A DNA stretch of 64,000 nt from Spirochaetia bacterium. Its GTDB lineage: Bacteria; Spirochaetota; Spirochaetia; SZUA-6; Bin103. The stretch lies in assembly GCA_965203055.1 (NCBI GenBank), contig OZ241863.1:640001-704000 (forward strand), given 5' to 3'. Below the pieces are notes generated by a model. That model had not been told where the DNA came from. It saw only the letters and a list, made by a program, of their open reading frames with translations, and did no database searches. Within the stretch, counting starts at the first letter, position 1; every line of letters starts with the position of its first letter. Below are positions 1-9,496 of the stretch, one piece after another. The translations under genes were made by a program, and so were the position numbers.

Positions 1-333
1 TGGTGGGGCGCCTTGTGGGACTTCGTGCCGGCCGGCTACGGGATGGCGTGGCATACCTGGTTCCAGACCGCGGGAGCCGAGGGTGAGGAGCCGCCCGACG
101 ACGTGAAGGCGTTCATCGCGGCCATGGACCGCTCCATCGCACGCTCGGGCGCCGAGCGCCAGGCGGCGATCGACGAGGTGCGCGAGATCATGATGGAGAA
201 CGTCTACATCATCCTCAACGTCGAAGACGTCAAGTACCCGCTGGTGGTCAACAAGAACCTCGGCAACGTGCCTACCGGAGGCTTCGCGATTGCCGCGAAC
301 TTCGCCGGCGAGCAGTTGTTCTTCAAGAACTAG
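1..333 (+). CDS. ABC transporter substrate-binding protein (family 5-like), C-terminal part, truncated by window edge
   Basis: ORF ends ...LVVNKNLGNVP...EQLFFKN directly upstream of two dppB/dppC-type permeases. Confidence 0.75.
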   Translation, partial: WWGALWDFVPAGYGMAWHTWFQTAGAEGEEPPDDVKAFIAAMDRSIARSGAERQAAIDEVREIMMENVYIILNVEDVKYPLVVNKNLGNVPTGGFAIAANFAGEQLFFKN

Positions 334-338
334 CTGAT

Positions 339-398
339 CTCCCTTCCATAATCGCCCCGGGTGGCCGGAGTCCCGCTCCGGCGCCCGGGGGGAGGGAG
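339..398 (+). promoter_or_regulatory. Intercistronic stem-loop between binding-protein and permease genes
   Basis: Nested inverted repeats: ctcccttcc/ggagggag, ccccggg/cccgggg, gccggag/ctccggc; no U-tract. Confidence 0.55.
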
Positions 399-416
399 TG
401 ACCGCGCGCCGCCATC

Positions 417-1415
417 ATGCTCGACTACATCCTCCGGCGGACCCTGCAGATCATCCCGTTGATCGTGGTCATCTCGGTGCTGTCGTTCGCCATCATCGAA
501 CTGCCGCCCGGCGACTACGTGACCATGCGCATCATCGAGTTGGAGCAGACCGGCACCCGCGTGGACGAAGACGAGATCGCGCGCCTCACCGAGCAGTACG
601 GATTGGACAAGACGCTGGTGCAGCGCTACGCGCTGTGGGCCTGGAACATCGTCAGCCGCGGCCACCTGGGACGCTCGTTTCAGTGGGAGCAGCCGGTCAC
701 GCAGGTGATCGGCGAGCGCATCGCCCTCACCATGGCGATTTCGTTGCTGACGCTGGTCTTTGTCTGGGTGGTGGCGATTCCGATCGGCATCTACGCGGCC
801 ACTCATCAGTACTCGCTCGGCGACTACGTATTCACCTTCTTCGGCTTCATCGGAATCTCGGTGCCGGGGTTCCTGCTCGCGCTGGTGGTGATCTATCTGG
901 CGTTCACCCAGCTTGGCATCAGCGTCACCGGCCTGTTCTCCCCGGAATACGCCGACGCGCCGTGGAGCATCGCCAAGCTGCTCGACATGCTGCCGCGGCT
1001 GTGGGTGCCGATCGTCGTGATCGGGCTCACCGGGACCGCCAGCCTGATCCGGGTCATGCGCAGCATGCTGCTCGACGAGCTGCGCAAGCAGTACGTGATC
1101 ACCGCGCGCGCCAAGGGCGTGGCCGAGCGGACCCTGCTGTTCAAGTATCCGGTGCGCATTGCCATCAATCCGCTGATCAGCACCATCGGCTGGCTGCTGC
1201 CGTTCATCGTCTCGGGCGAGGCGCTGGTGTCGATCGTGTTGAACCTGCCCACCACCGGGCCGGTGCTGTTGCGGGCGCTGCTGTTCCAGGACATGTATCT
1301 GGCCGGCAGCCTGGTGATGATCCTCAGCATCCTCACCGTGGTCGGGACCCTGATCTCGGACCTGCTGCTCGCATGGATCGATCCGCGCATTCGGTACCAG
1401 GCGGCAACCAGGTGA
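417..1415 (+). CDS. ABC transporter permease (DppB/OppB type)
   Basis: N-terminal MLDYILRR...PPGDY, EAA loop YVITARAKG, C-terminal DLLLAWIDPRIR. Confidence 0.92.
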   Translation: MLDYILRRTLQIIPLIVVISVLSFAIIELPPGDYVTMRIIELEQTGTRVDEDEIARLTEQYGLDKTLVQRYALWAWNIVSRGHLGRSFQWEQPVTQVIGERIALTMAISLLTLVFVWVVAIPIGIYAATHQYSLGDYVFTFFGFIGISVPGFLLALVVIYLAFTQLGISVTGLFSPEYADAPWSIAKLLDMLPRLWVPIVVIGLTGTASLIRVMRSMLLDELRKQYVITARAKGVAERTLLFKYPVRIAINPLISTIGWLLPFIVSGEALVSIVLNLPTTGPVLLRALLFQDMYLAGSLVMILSILTVVGTLISDLLLAWIDPRIRYQAATR

Positions 1416-2581
1416 GCGCCGCCAATCCGCCGGGCGCCCAGGCGCCGCGCGCCGGCGCGCCAACGGCCGCGGCCCGGCCGGCGAGCGCGGAGAGCGCCGC
1501 CAGCGAGCGCTACTTCGTCGCCTCCCAGTGGCAACTGGTGTGGTGGAAGTTCCGCAAGCACAAGATGGCGCTGGTGGCCGGCGTGGTGCTGGCGCTCATG
1601 TACTTCACCGCCGCGTTCTGCGAGTTTCTCAGCCCCTATCTGCCGGGGACCCGCTTTCCGGACTACCTGTACGCGCCGCCGCAGCGCCTGCGGCTGCTGG
1701 CGAGCGGTTACGGGTTCGAACCCCACGTCTACGGCTTGACGCGGGCGCGCGATCCCGAAACCTTCCGCCGCACCTTCACCATCGACCGCGAACAGCGCTT
1801 CCGCGTGCGGCTGTTCGTACGCGCCGAAGAGTACCGGCTCTGGGGGTTGTTCAAGAGCGACCTCCACCTGTTCGGGTCGGACGATGGCCCGGTGATGCTG
1901 TTCGGGGCCGACCGCCTGGGGCGCGACGTGTTTACCCGCATCCTGTACGGGGCGCGGATTTCGCTATCGGTCGGGCTGGTGGGGATCTTCTTCACCTTCC
2001 TGTTCGGGATGATTCTGGGCGGGTTGTCGGGCTACCTGGGCGGCATCGTGGATACGGTGATCCAGCGGCTGGTGGACCTGCTCATCTCGATTCCCACCAT
2101 TCCGCTGTGGATGGCGCTGGCCGCGGCGCTGCCGCGCGACTGGCCGCCGGTGCGGATCTACTTCGGCATCGTGATCATCTTCTCCATGATCGGCTGGACC
2201 GGTCTGGCGCGGGTGATTCGCGGCAAGCTGCTGGCCCTGCGCGAGGAGGACTTCGTGATGGCGGGACGCATCGCCGGCGCCACGCAGGGCGCCATCATCG
2301 GCAAGCACCTGCTGCCCTCCTTCGCCAGTTACATCATCGTGTCGCTGACGCTGGCCATTCCGCAGACCATCCTGGGCGAGACGGCGCTGAGCTTCCTCGG
2401 TCTGGGGCTGCAGCCGCCGGTGGTGAGCTGGGGGGTGCTGCTGCAGGATGCCCAGAACGTGCAGGCGATCGCGCACCACGCCTGGCTGCTGATTCCCTGC
2501 CTGTTCGTCGTCGTCACCGTGCTGATGTTCAACTTCCTCGGCGACGGGCTGCGCGACGCCGCCGATCCCTACTCGCGCTGA
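1412..2581 (+). CDS. ABC transporter permease (DppC/OppC type)
   Basis: GTG start overlaps upstream stop (GTGA); FGADRLGRDVFTRILYGARISL, ETALSFLGLG, FNFLGDGLRDAADP. Confidence 0.92.
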   Translation: MSAANPPGAQAPRAGAPTAAARPASAESAASERYFVASQWQLVWWKFRKHKMALVAGVVLALMYFTAAFCEFLSPYLPGTRFPDYLYAPPQRLRLLASGYGFEPHVYGLTRARDPETFRRTFTIDREQRFRVRLFVRAEEYRLWGLFKSDLHLFGSDDGPVMLFGADRLGRDVFTRILYGARISLSVGLVGIFFTFLFGMILGGLSGYLGGIVDTVIQRLVDLLISIPTIPLWMALAAALPRDWPPVRIYFGIVIIFSMIGWTGLARVIRGKLLALREEDFVMAGRIAGATQGAIIGKHLLPSFASYIIVSLTLAIPQTILGETALSFLGLGLQPPVVSWGVLLQDAQNVQAIAHHAWLLIPCLFVVVTVLMFNFLGDGLRDAADPYSR

Positions 2582-2595
2582 AGGAGGCGGACCAG

Positions 2596-5424
2596 ATGCC
2601 GGTCACCGTCGTCGATCTGGCCGCGGAGCAGCGCGGCGCCGGCCGGTTCGCGGCCACCTCGCGGCCGCGCCTCTCCTGGCGGGCGGCGACCGACACGCCG
2701 GGCTGGTATCAGCAGTCCTACGAGATCGCGCTCGCCGGCGACTTCGAGCACCGCACCGGGCCGATCGTTTCCGGCGACTCGGTGCTGGTGCCGTGGCCGG
2801 CGGCGCCGCTGGCCTCCCGCCAGCGGGTGAGTTGCCGCGTCCGGGTTACCGGCGCCAACGGCGTGGCCAGCGCCTGGAGCGAGCCGCTCGCCATCCACGC
2901 GCCGCTGCTCCGGGTGTCCGACTGGTCGGCGCAGTTCATCTCCCCGGCCGGCGCGCGCGCCGCCAGCGAGTCCGAGCCGTGCTCATACTTCCGCCGCGAG
3001 TTCACCCTCGAGCGCGGATGGAGCCGCGCGGTGCTGTACGTGACCGCCCTGGGCGTGTATCAGGTCGAGATCAACGGCCGGCGCGTGGGCGATGAGGAGT
3101 TGGCGCCGGGCTGGACCAGCTACCGCCGCCGCCTGCGCTTCGCCAGCCACGAGGTCACCGAGCTGCTGCGCGCCGGCGACAACGCCATCGGCGCCATCGT
3201 GGGCGACGGCTGGGCGCGCGGCCGCCTCGGCTTCGGCGGCGCGCGCAACCGCTACACCGAGCGGCCCGCGCTGCTCGCGCAACTCGAAGTCACCCTGGCG
3301 GATGGGACCGTCCGCACCGTGCGCACCGACTCGGAGTGGCATTCCGGCAGCGGTCCCCTGCGCGGCTCGGACCTCTACGACGGCGAGACCTATGACGCGC
3401 GGCTCTCCGTGGACGGCTGGTCGCAGCCTGGCCACGATGCGCGCGGCTGGCGCCCGGTCGAGGTGATCGAGCATGACCTGGCCGTCCTCACGCCGGCCGC
3501 GGGGCCGCCGGTGCGGGCGGTGCAGGAAGTGACGCCGGCGGCGATCTGGCGCGCGCCGTCCGGTGAGACGCTGGTCGACTTCGGCCAGAACCTGGTCGGC
3601 CGGGTGCGCATCCGGCTGGCGGCCGCGGCCGGCACCGAGGTGACCATTCGCCACGCCGAGGTGCTCGAAGGCGGCGAACTGGGCGTGCGCCCGCTGCGCT
3701 CCGCCAAGGCCACCGACCGCTACGTCGCCGCCGGCCGCGGCACCGAAGTGTGGGAGCCGCGCTTCACGTTTCACGGCTTCCGCTATGCCGGGGTGAGCGG
3801 CTGGCCGGGCGAGTTGCGGGCCGAGCAGATCACCGCGGTGGTGCTGCATTCCGACATGGTGCGCACCGGCTGGTTCGAGTGCTCGGAGCCGCGCGTCAAC
3901 CGGCTCCATGAGAACATCGTGTGGAGCATGCGCGGCAACTTCCTGGACCTGCCGACCGACTGCCCGCAGCGCGACGAGCGGCTCGGTTGGACCGGCGACA
4001 TCCAGGTGTTTGCCGCCACCGCCACGCTGCTGTACGACACCGCCGCGGTGCTGAGCTCGTGGCTGACCGATCTGGCCGCCGAGCAGGAACCGGACGGCAA
4101 CGTGCCGTTCGTCATTCCCGCGGTCCTGCCGGCGTCGTTCACTGCGGCCGGTTGGGGCGACGCCGCCACCGTGGTGCCGATGACCCTCTGGCGGCGCTAC
4201 GGCGACCGCGAGCTGCTGCGCCGCCAGTATCCCTCCATGAAGGCGTGGGTGGAGCACGTGAAGGGCGTCTGCGACGACCGCCGGGTGTGGGGCGACGGCT
4301 TTCAGTTCGGCGACTGGGTAGACCCGAAGGCGCCGCCCGAGGCGCCGGGCGACGCCCGGACCGACTCGTCGCTGGTAGGGACGGCGTGGTTCGCGCGTTC
4401 CGCCCAGGTGCTGGCCGAGGCGGCGGAGGCGCTCGGCGAGCACGGCGATGCCGCCGCCTGCCGCCGGCTGGCCGGCGAGGTGGCGGCCGGCTTCCGCGCC
4501 GAGTTCGTGGCCCCCAACGGGCGCGTGGTGAACGACAGCCAGACCGCCCATCTGCTGGCGTTGGCGTTCGATCTGGTCACCCCCGAGCAGCGCCCGGCCA
4601 CCGCGCGCCGGCTCCGCAAGCTGATCGAAAAGGAGGGCCACCGGCTCAGCACCGGCTTCCTGGGCACCCCCTGGCTGTGCGAGGTGCTCACCCGCATCGG
4701 CGACGATGACTTGGCGTACCGGCTGCTCTTGCAAACCGAGCTGCCGTCGTGGCTGTATCCCATCACCATGGGCGCCACCACCATCTGGGAGCGCTGGGAC
4801 GCCATGCTGCCCGACGGCACGATCAATCCGGGGGAGATGACCTCGTTCAATCACTATGCCTACGGCGCCGTCGGCGCGTGGCTGTACGAGCGTGTGGCCG
4901 GGCTGCGCCAGCACGACGCGGCGCCGGGATGGCGGCGGTTCGTGGTGGCGCCGCGCCCCGGCGGCGGGCTGCGGCAGGCGAAGGCGGTGGTGGACACGCC
5001 CTACGGGCGCGCTGAATCGAGCTGGCGGATCGCCGGCCGCGGCGGCGCGCCGGCAACTTTCACGCTACGCGCCGTAGTGCCCGCCAACACGACCGCCGAA
5101 CTATGGCTGCCGGGGGCGGCGCAGGCGGTGGAGGTCGGCTCGGGCGAGCACGAGCTGTCGCTGGAGCTGAGCGCCGCGCAGCGCCGCCGGTTCCTGCCGG
5201 GTCGGGAGGGCGCGCGGCTGCACCTCGATGCCCCGGCGGCGGAGGTAATCGCCGACGCGGCGGCGCGCGAAATCCTCATCCGCCACCGCGCCTTCGGGGT
5301 GCTGATGAGCACGCTGGGCGGCGAGACCCCGGCGGGGTCGCTGCGCGAAGCGTTGCAGGCGCTGCCGCGCCCGCCCGGCGAGAAGCGGCTCGCCGACCTG
5401 GAGCAGGACCTGATCCGCCTTTAG
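2596..5424 (+). CDS. Alpha-L-rhamnosidase (GH78)
   Basis: RBS AAGGAGG; motifs DFGQN, FTFHGFRY, PTDCPQRDERLGWTGD, GATTIWERWD, SFNHYAYG. Confidence 0.93.
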   Translation: MPVTVVDLAAEQRGAGRFAATSRPRLSWRAATDTPGWYQQSYEIALAGDFEHRTGPIVSGDSVLVPWPAAPLASRQRVSCRVRVTGANGVASAWSEPLAIHAPLLRVSDWSAQFISPAGARAASESEPCSYFRREFTLERGWSRAVLYVTALGVYQVEINGRRVGDEELAPGWTSYRRRLRFASHEVTELLRAGDNAIGAIVGDGWARGRLGFGGARNRYTERPALLAQLEVTLADGTVRTVRTDSEWHSGSGPLRGSDLYDGETYDARLSVDGWSQPGHDARGWRPVEVIEHDLAVLTPAAGPPVRAVQEVTPAAIWRAPSGETLVDFGQNLVGRVRIRLAAAAGTEVTIRHAEVLEGGELGVRPLRSAKATDRYVAAGRGTEVWEPRFTFHGFRYAGVSGWPGELRAEQITAVVLHSDMVRTGWFECSEPRVNRLHENIVWSMRGNFLDLPTDCPQRDERLGWTGDIQVFAATATLLYDTAAVLSSWLTDLAAEQEPDGNVPFVIPAVLPASFTAAGWGDAATVVPMTLWRRYGDRELLRRQYPSMKAWVEHVKGVCDDRRVWGDGFQFGDWVDPKAPPEAPGDARTDSSLVGTAWFARSAQVLAEAAEALGEHGDAAACRRLAGEVAAGFRAEFVAPNGRVVNDSQTAHLLALAFDLVTPEQRPATARRLRKLIEKEGHRLSTGFLGTPWLCEVLTRIGDDDLAYRLLLQTELPSWLYPITMGATTIWERWDAMLPDGTINPGEMTSFNHYAYGAVGAWLYERVAGLRQHDAAPGWRRFVVAPRPGGGLRQAKAVVDTPYGRAESSWRIAGRGGAPATFTLRAVVPANTTAELWLPGAAQAVEVGSGEHELSLELSAAQRRRFLPGREGARLHLDAPAAEVIADAAAREILIRHRAFGVLMSTLGGETPAGSLREALQALPRPPGEKRLADLEQDLIRL

Positions 5425-5461
5425 CTAAGCTCGCCGTGACCAAGGCGCGGCGGGCGCGCCG

Positions 5462-5986
5462 TTATCCGTTCAGCAGGCCCCGCAGGGCGGCCAGGGCCGC
5501 GTCATAGTCGGGCTCGTCGGTCATTTCCCCGACCACCTGCGCGTAGACCACCTTGCCGCCCGCATCCAGGACGTAGACGGCGCGCGCCAGGATCTTCAGT
5601 TCCTCGACCAGGGTACCCCAGTCCGCGCCGAACGAACGTTCCCGGTAGTCGCTTGCGGCGCGCATGTTGGTGATCTCTTCGGCCCCGCAGAAGCGCGCCT
5701 GGGCGAAGGGCAGATCGCAACTCACCGTCACGGCGTTGATTCGCTCGCCGATACCGGCCAGTTCGCGGTTGAAGCGCCCGGTCTGCGCGGCGCAGACCGG
5801 CGTGTCCAGCGACGGGACCACGCTGACGAGGGTGGGCTTGCCCTTGAGATCGGCCAGCGTCAGCTCATGCATGCCGTCGGCAAAGTAGTGCAAGGTGAAG
5901 TCGGGGGCCTGCTGCCCGGCGGTCAACTCCTCGCCGGCCAACGTCAGCGGCGTTCCCTTGAAGGTTACCGCTCCGGTACGTGCCAT
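5462..5986 (-). CDS. tpx: Thiol peroxidase
   Basis: VPSLDTPVC and DLPFAQARFCGAE motifs; RBS AAGGAG. Confidence 0.95.
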   Translation of the reverse strand: MARTGAVTFKGTPLTLAGEELTAGQQAPDFTLHYFADGMHELTLADLKGKPTLVSVVPSLDTPVCAAQTGRFNRELAGIGERINAVTVSCDLPFAQARFCGAEEITNMRAASDYRERSFGADWGTLVEELKILARAVYVLDAGGKVVYAQVVGEMTDEPDYDAALAALRGLLNG

Positions 5987-6140
5987 GTTCGGTCAACTCC
6001 TTTCCAGCTCCCGACTGGGAGGTGGATGAGCACAGTATAACCCGCCGCGGCAGCGCAGGGCACCACGTCCTGAGCCAGCCATGGCGGCCATGGCGCCGGG
6101 CAACTTGCCGGGCCGCGGGCGGCGTGGTAGCTTGGCCGGC

Positions 6141-6980
6141 ATGGCAACGGAAATGCTCGTCAACGCGCCGGCCAACGGCGCCGCCGCCGCTACCGGGCCG
6201 CTCGATCAGGCCGACGTGGAGTTCTATCACGAGAACGGATTCCTGCGCATCCCGGCCATCTTCACCCCGGCCGAGAGCCAGGCGCAGGCGGACGACCTCG
6301 ACCGGCTGGCGCGTGAATGGGCGACGGTCGACCGGCGCTGGAGCGGCCCGTGGCGCAAGGTCTACATGGACGAGGAGACCGAGAGGAACGCGCGCCTGGA
6401 AGCGATGCACGAGTTGCACTGCTACTCCCAGCCGTGGCTGGCGGCGGTGACCAGCCCGAAGCTGGTGGCGTGCCTGGTGCAGCTCCTGGGGCCCGACGTC
6501 GAGCTGCACCACTCGGTGATGCACAACAAGCCGCCGGGAGGCCAGCCGTTTCCGATGCACCAGGATCATCCCTTCTACCGCCACGAGGACGGGCGCTACG
6601 TGGACGTCCTGATTCACCTGGACGACACCTGTCACGACAACGGCGAGATCCGCTTTCTGCCCGGGTCGCACAAGCAGGGTCCCCTGGAGCATATCCTCGG
6701 CACCGAGGAAGCCCCGTCGGCGCCGCACCTGCCCACCGACCGGTACCGGCTGACCGACTCGGTAGCGGTCCCGGCCAAACGCGGCGACGTGGTCGCGTTC
6801 AGCTACTACACGGTGCACGGCTCCTACCTCAACCGCACCGCGCGCACCCGGCGCATGGTCCGCGTCGGCTACCGGCACCCGCACAACGATCAGACCACCG
6901 GCGCCGACACCGGCAAGTACGGCCTCATGGTGGCCGGCTACCGCGCGCGCCGCGGCGAGGAACCGCTGCTCGACCGCTGA
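6141..6980 (+). CDS. Phytanoyl-CoA dioxygenase (PhyH) family Fe/2OG oxygenase
   Basis: FYHENGFL, HQD and distal VHGS iron ligands, R of the 2OG-binding strand. Confidence 0.88.
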   Translation: MATEMLVNAPANGAAAATGPLDQADVEFYHENGFLRIPAIFTPAESQAQADDLDRLAREWATVDRRWSGPWRKVYMDEETERNARLEAMHELHCYSQPWLAAVTSPKLVACLVQLLGPDVELHHSVMHNKPPGGQPFPMHQDHPFYRHEDGRYVDVLIHLDDTCHDNGEIRFLPGSHKQGPLEHILGTEEAPSAPHLPTDRYRLTDSVAVPAKRGDVVAFSYYTVHGSYLNRTARTRRMVRVGYRHPHNDQTTGADTGKYGLMVAGYRARRGEEPLLDR

Positions 6981-8452
6981 TGAACGTCGTATGCATCTGT
7001 CTGGACACCTTGCGCGCCGACATCGTGGGCGAGGGGAAGAAGTACAGCCACGCGCGTACGCCCAATCTCGACGCGCTGGCCGCCGGCGGCATCAGGTTCA
7101 CGCGCGCCTTTGGCGAGGCGCAACCGACGCTGCAGGTCCGGCGCGCGCTGTTCACCGGCCGGCGCAGCTTTCCGTGGCGCTACAACTTCGACCGCCGCGG
7201 GCACTGGCCGCATCTGCCGGGGTGGCACAGGATTCCGCCCGAGCAGGACACCCTCGCCGAGGTGCTGCTGGCGCGCGGCTACCTCACCGCGATGATCGCC
7301 GACACCTACCACATGTTCAAGCCGACCATGAACTACGCGCGCGGCTTCGCTCACCTCGACTTCATTCGCGGCCAGGAATCGGACAACTGGCGGAGCGGTG
7401 ACCCGCGGCTGATCGAGGAGCAACTGCGCCGTCACGTACGCGAGCCGATCGACTGGCCGCGGCATGCGGCGCTGGTCAACTACCTGCTCAATCAGCGGCA
7501 TCGGCAGTCGGCGGAGGACTACAGTTGCGCGCGCGTCTTCCGCGCGGCGTGCGACTGGTTGGCGGACAATCACACGATGAAGCCGTTCTTCCTGTGGATC
7601 GACAGCTTCGACCCGCACGAGCCGTGGGATCCGCCGCCGGGGTACGCCGATCTCTATTACCCGGGCTACGCGGGCAAGGACTTCATCGTCCCCGGAGCGG
7701 CCCGGGAGGGTGACGGCGCCACGGAGGAGGAGCTGCGCCGCATCGAAGCGCTCTACCTGGGTGAGGTCACGTTCGTGGATGAATGCGTGGGCCGGCTGCT
7801 GGCCAGGCTGGACGAACTGAAGCTATTCGACGACACCCTGGTGATCTTCCTGTCGGACCACGGCACGCAGCTCCGCGACCAGGGCAGCTTCGGCAAGCAC
7901 GCGAGCGAGCTGCATCCGTTCAATACCCAGTTGAACCTGTGCCTGCGGCACCCCGGCGGGCCGGCGGACCGCGAGGTCACGGCGCTGGTGCAGAACCACG
8001 ACCTGATGCCGACGATTCTCGCGCTGCTGGAGATACCCTGCGGTTGGACCGACGGCGAAAATCTCTGGCCGCTGGTAACCGGAGAGCGGGCGGCGCTTCG
8101 GGAGCGGATCGTGACCGGCTGGGCGGAGGCTTCCGGCGGCAGCGCGCGCGCCCGCGCCAGCGTGCGCGGCGACCGCTGGAACTTCTGCACCGCGGTCGGC
8201 TACGCGGACGCGGAGGGGGATGAGCTGTTCGATCTGAGCAACGACCCGGAAGAGCGTCGCAACGTGGTCCGCGACCATCCGCAGGTAGCGGCGGCGTGCC
8301 GCGCCGAGGTGGAGGCGGTGATCGGACAGCCGCTGCCGGGCACTCTGGTGGAGGTCGCCGGCGCGGCCGAAGGGCCGATGGTCACCTGGCTCAAGCAGAA
8401 ACTGCGGGAACCTAGACGCCCCACTGCCTGCGGGTATCGGCCATCGGGATGA
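6980..8452 (+). CDS. Sulfatase-like alkaline-phosphatase-superfamily hydrolase with Thr at the nucleophile position
   Basis: DTLRAD, TLQVRRALFTG, DSFDPHEPW, SDHG, ELFDL..DPEE; TGATG coupling to the upstream gene. Confidence 0.85.
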   Translation: MNVVCICLDTLRADIVGEGKKYSHARTPNLDALAAGGIRFTRAFGEAQPTLQVRRALFTGRRSFPWRYNFDRRGHWPHLPGWHRIPPEQDTLAEVLLARGYLTAMIADTYHMFKPTMNYARGFAHLDFIRGQESDNWRSGDPRLIEEQLRRHVREPIDWPRHAALVNYLLNQRHRQSAEDYSCARVFRAACDWLADNHTMKPFFLWIDSFDPHEPWDPPPGYADLYYPGYAGKDFIVPGAAREGDGATEEELRRIEALYLGEVTFVDECVGRLLARLDELKLFDDTLVIFLSDHGTQLRDQGSFGKHASELHPFNTQLNLCLRHPGGPADREVTALVQNHDLMPTILALLEIPCGWTDGENLWPLVTGERAALRERIVTGWAEASGGSARARASVRGDRWNFCTAVGYADAEGDELFDLSNDPEERRNVVRDHPQVAAACRAEVEAVIGQPLPGTLVEVAGAAEGPMVTWLKQKLREPRRPTACGYRPSG

Positions 8453-9323
8453 GCGCGCTCGCGTAGTGGCCGGTGGGGGAGTCTCCGGCCCAGCGCTCGT
8501 CCATTGGCTCCGAGGCCGGTTGATAGCGCACGTCGCAACTGATGCGGAACCGGTTGGTGGTGTTGGTAGTGGAGCCGTGCAGGGTATGCAGGCCGAAGGT
8601 GATGACGTCGCCGGCGCGCACGTCGGCGGTGAGCCAGCGCCCGCCGAACCGGTCGATGATCTCTTCCGGGTCCTCGCTGAACCAGCCTTCGGTGCGGTCG
8701 CGGTCGACGTCGCTGGCGCCGTAGGTCGCCCGCAATCTGGCGAAGCTGTCCAGGCGGTGCGACGCTTCGCAGATGACCAGGGTCCCCTGCGCGATCGGAA
8801 TGTCCCCGAAGGGGATCCACACGGTATTCACGCGCTCGCTGCCGCGTCCCATGTACACCACGTCCATGTGTGAGCCGGTGAACTTCTCGTTGCCCACCGC
8901 CCGCAGCCACTTGTGGCCAAAGGTCGCCGGAGCCTCGCCGTAGAAGCGGCGGTAGAACGATTGCAGCTCCGCTCCTTCGAGCACCCGCAACAGTTCCGGG
9001 CGATGGGTGATCCGCTTCCCCATACCGACGCCTCGGCCGGTGCGGCCTCCGCCGGTGCGGCCTCCGCCGGCGCGCGGCATGACCCCCTCCATGAGCGGGG
9101 TGCCTTGCACCAGCGCGCCGCGTTCCCGCAGATACGCAAGGACCACGCGGCGCGCCTCCAGCACGGCGCCGCGGTCGATCAGGCCGCGAATGAACAGGTA
9201 GCCGTCCGCGGCGATGCGCCGCCGCAGCTCGCCGGTGTCGGCCAGCGCTGCGGTGCTGTCGCGCAGGCTGCCGAACCGCGCGCCGGGAAACTCCATCTGC
9301 CTGCGCTGAAACTCGACCCGCAT
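8412..9323 (-). CDS. Phytanoyl-CoA dioxygenase (PhyH) family protein
   Basis: DGYLFIRGL, HMDVVYMGRG, GDVITF..HTLHGS, RISCDVRYQPA; start placed at MRVEF. Confidence 0.85.
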   Translation of the reverse strand: MRVEFQRRQMEFPGARFGSLRDSTAALADTGELRRRIAADGYLFIRGLIDRGAVLEARRVVLAYLRERGALVQGTPLMEGVMPRAGGGRTGGGRTGRGVGMGKRITHRPELLRVLEGAELQSFYRRFYGEAPATFGHKWLRAVGNEKFTGSHMDVVYMGRGSERVNTVWIPFGDIPIAQGTLVICEASHRLDSFARLRATYGASDVDRDRTEGWFSEDPEEIIDRFGGRWLTADVRAGDVITFGLHTLHGSTTNTTNRFRISCDVRYQPASEPMDERWAGDSPTGHYASALIPMADTRRQWGV

Positions 9324-9496
9324 CGGTTGGTCCCCGGCCAATGTAGCATGATCCCCAAGCCCGGAGGCAAGTCGAATAGGCACGCTTGACATTGGCCAGC
9401 CGGGGTGACAGCCTTGCAACGGAGGAACGGAGATGAGGGGGCTACCGACCGCGCGGCCCGCGCAGCTCGACGCCGGCATTGCCGGGATGGTAGAAT

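Noticed and set aside
1528..2595. Apparent long N-terminal extensions in the ORF track (GH78, sulfatase, hydantoinase B, KamA, leuA)
   Set aside because: Real starts with SD or translational coupling lie downstream; these are not fusions
9034..9072. 15-nt tandem duplication (GGGRT) in the second PhyH gene
   Set aside because: In-frame loop slippage with no evidence of function
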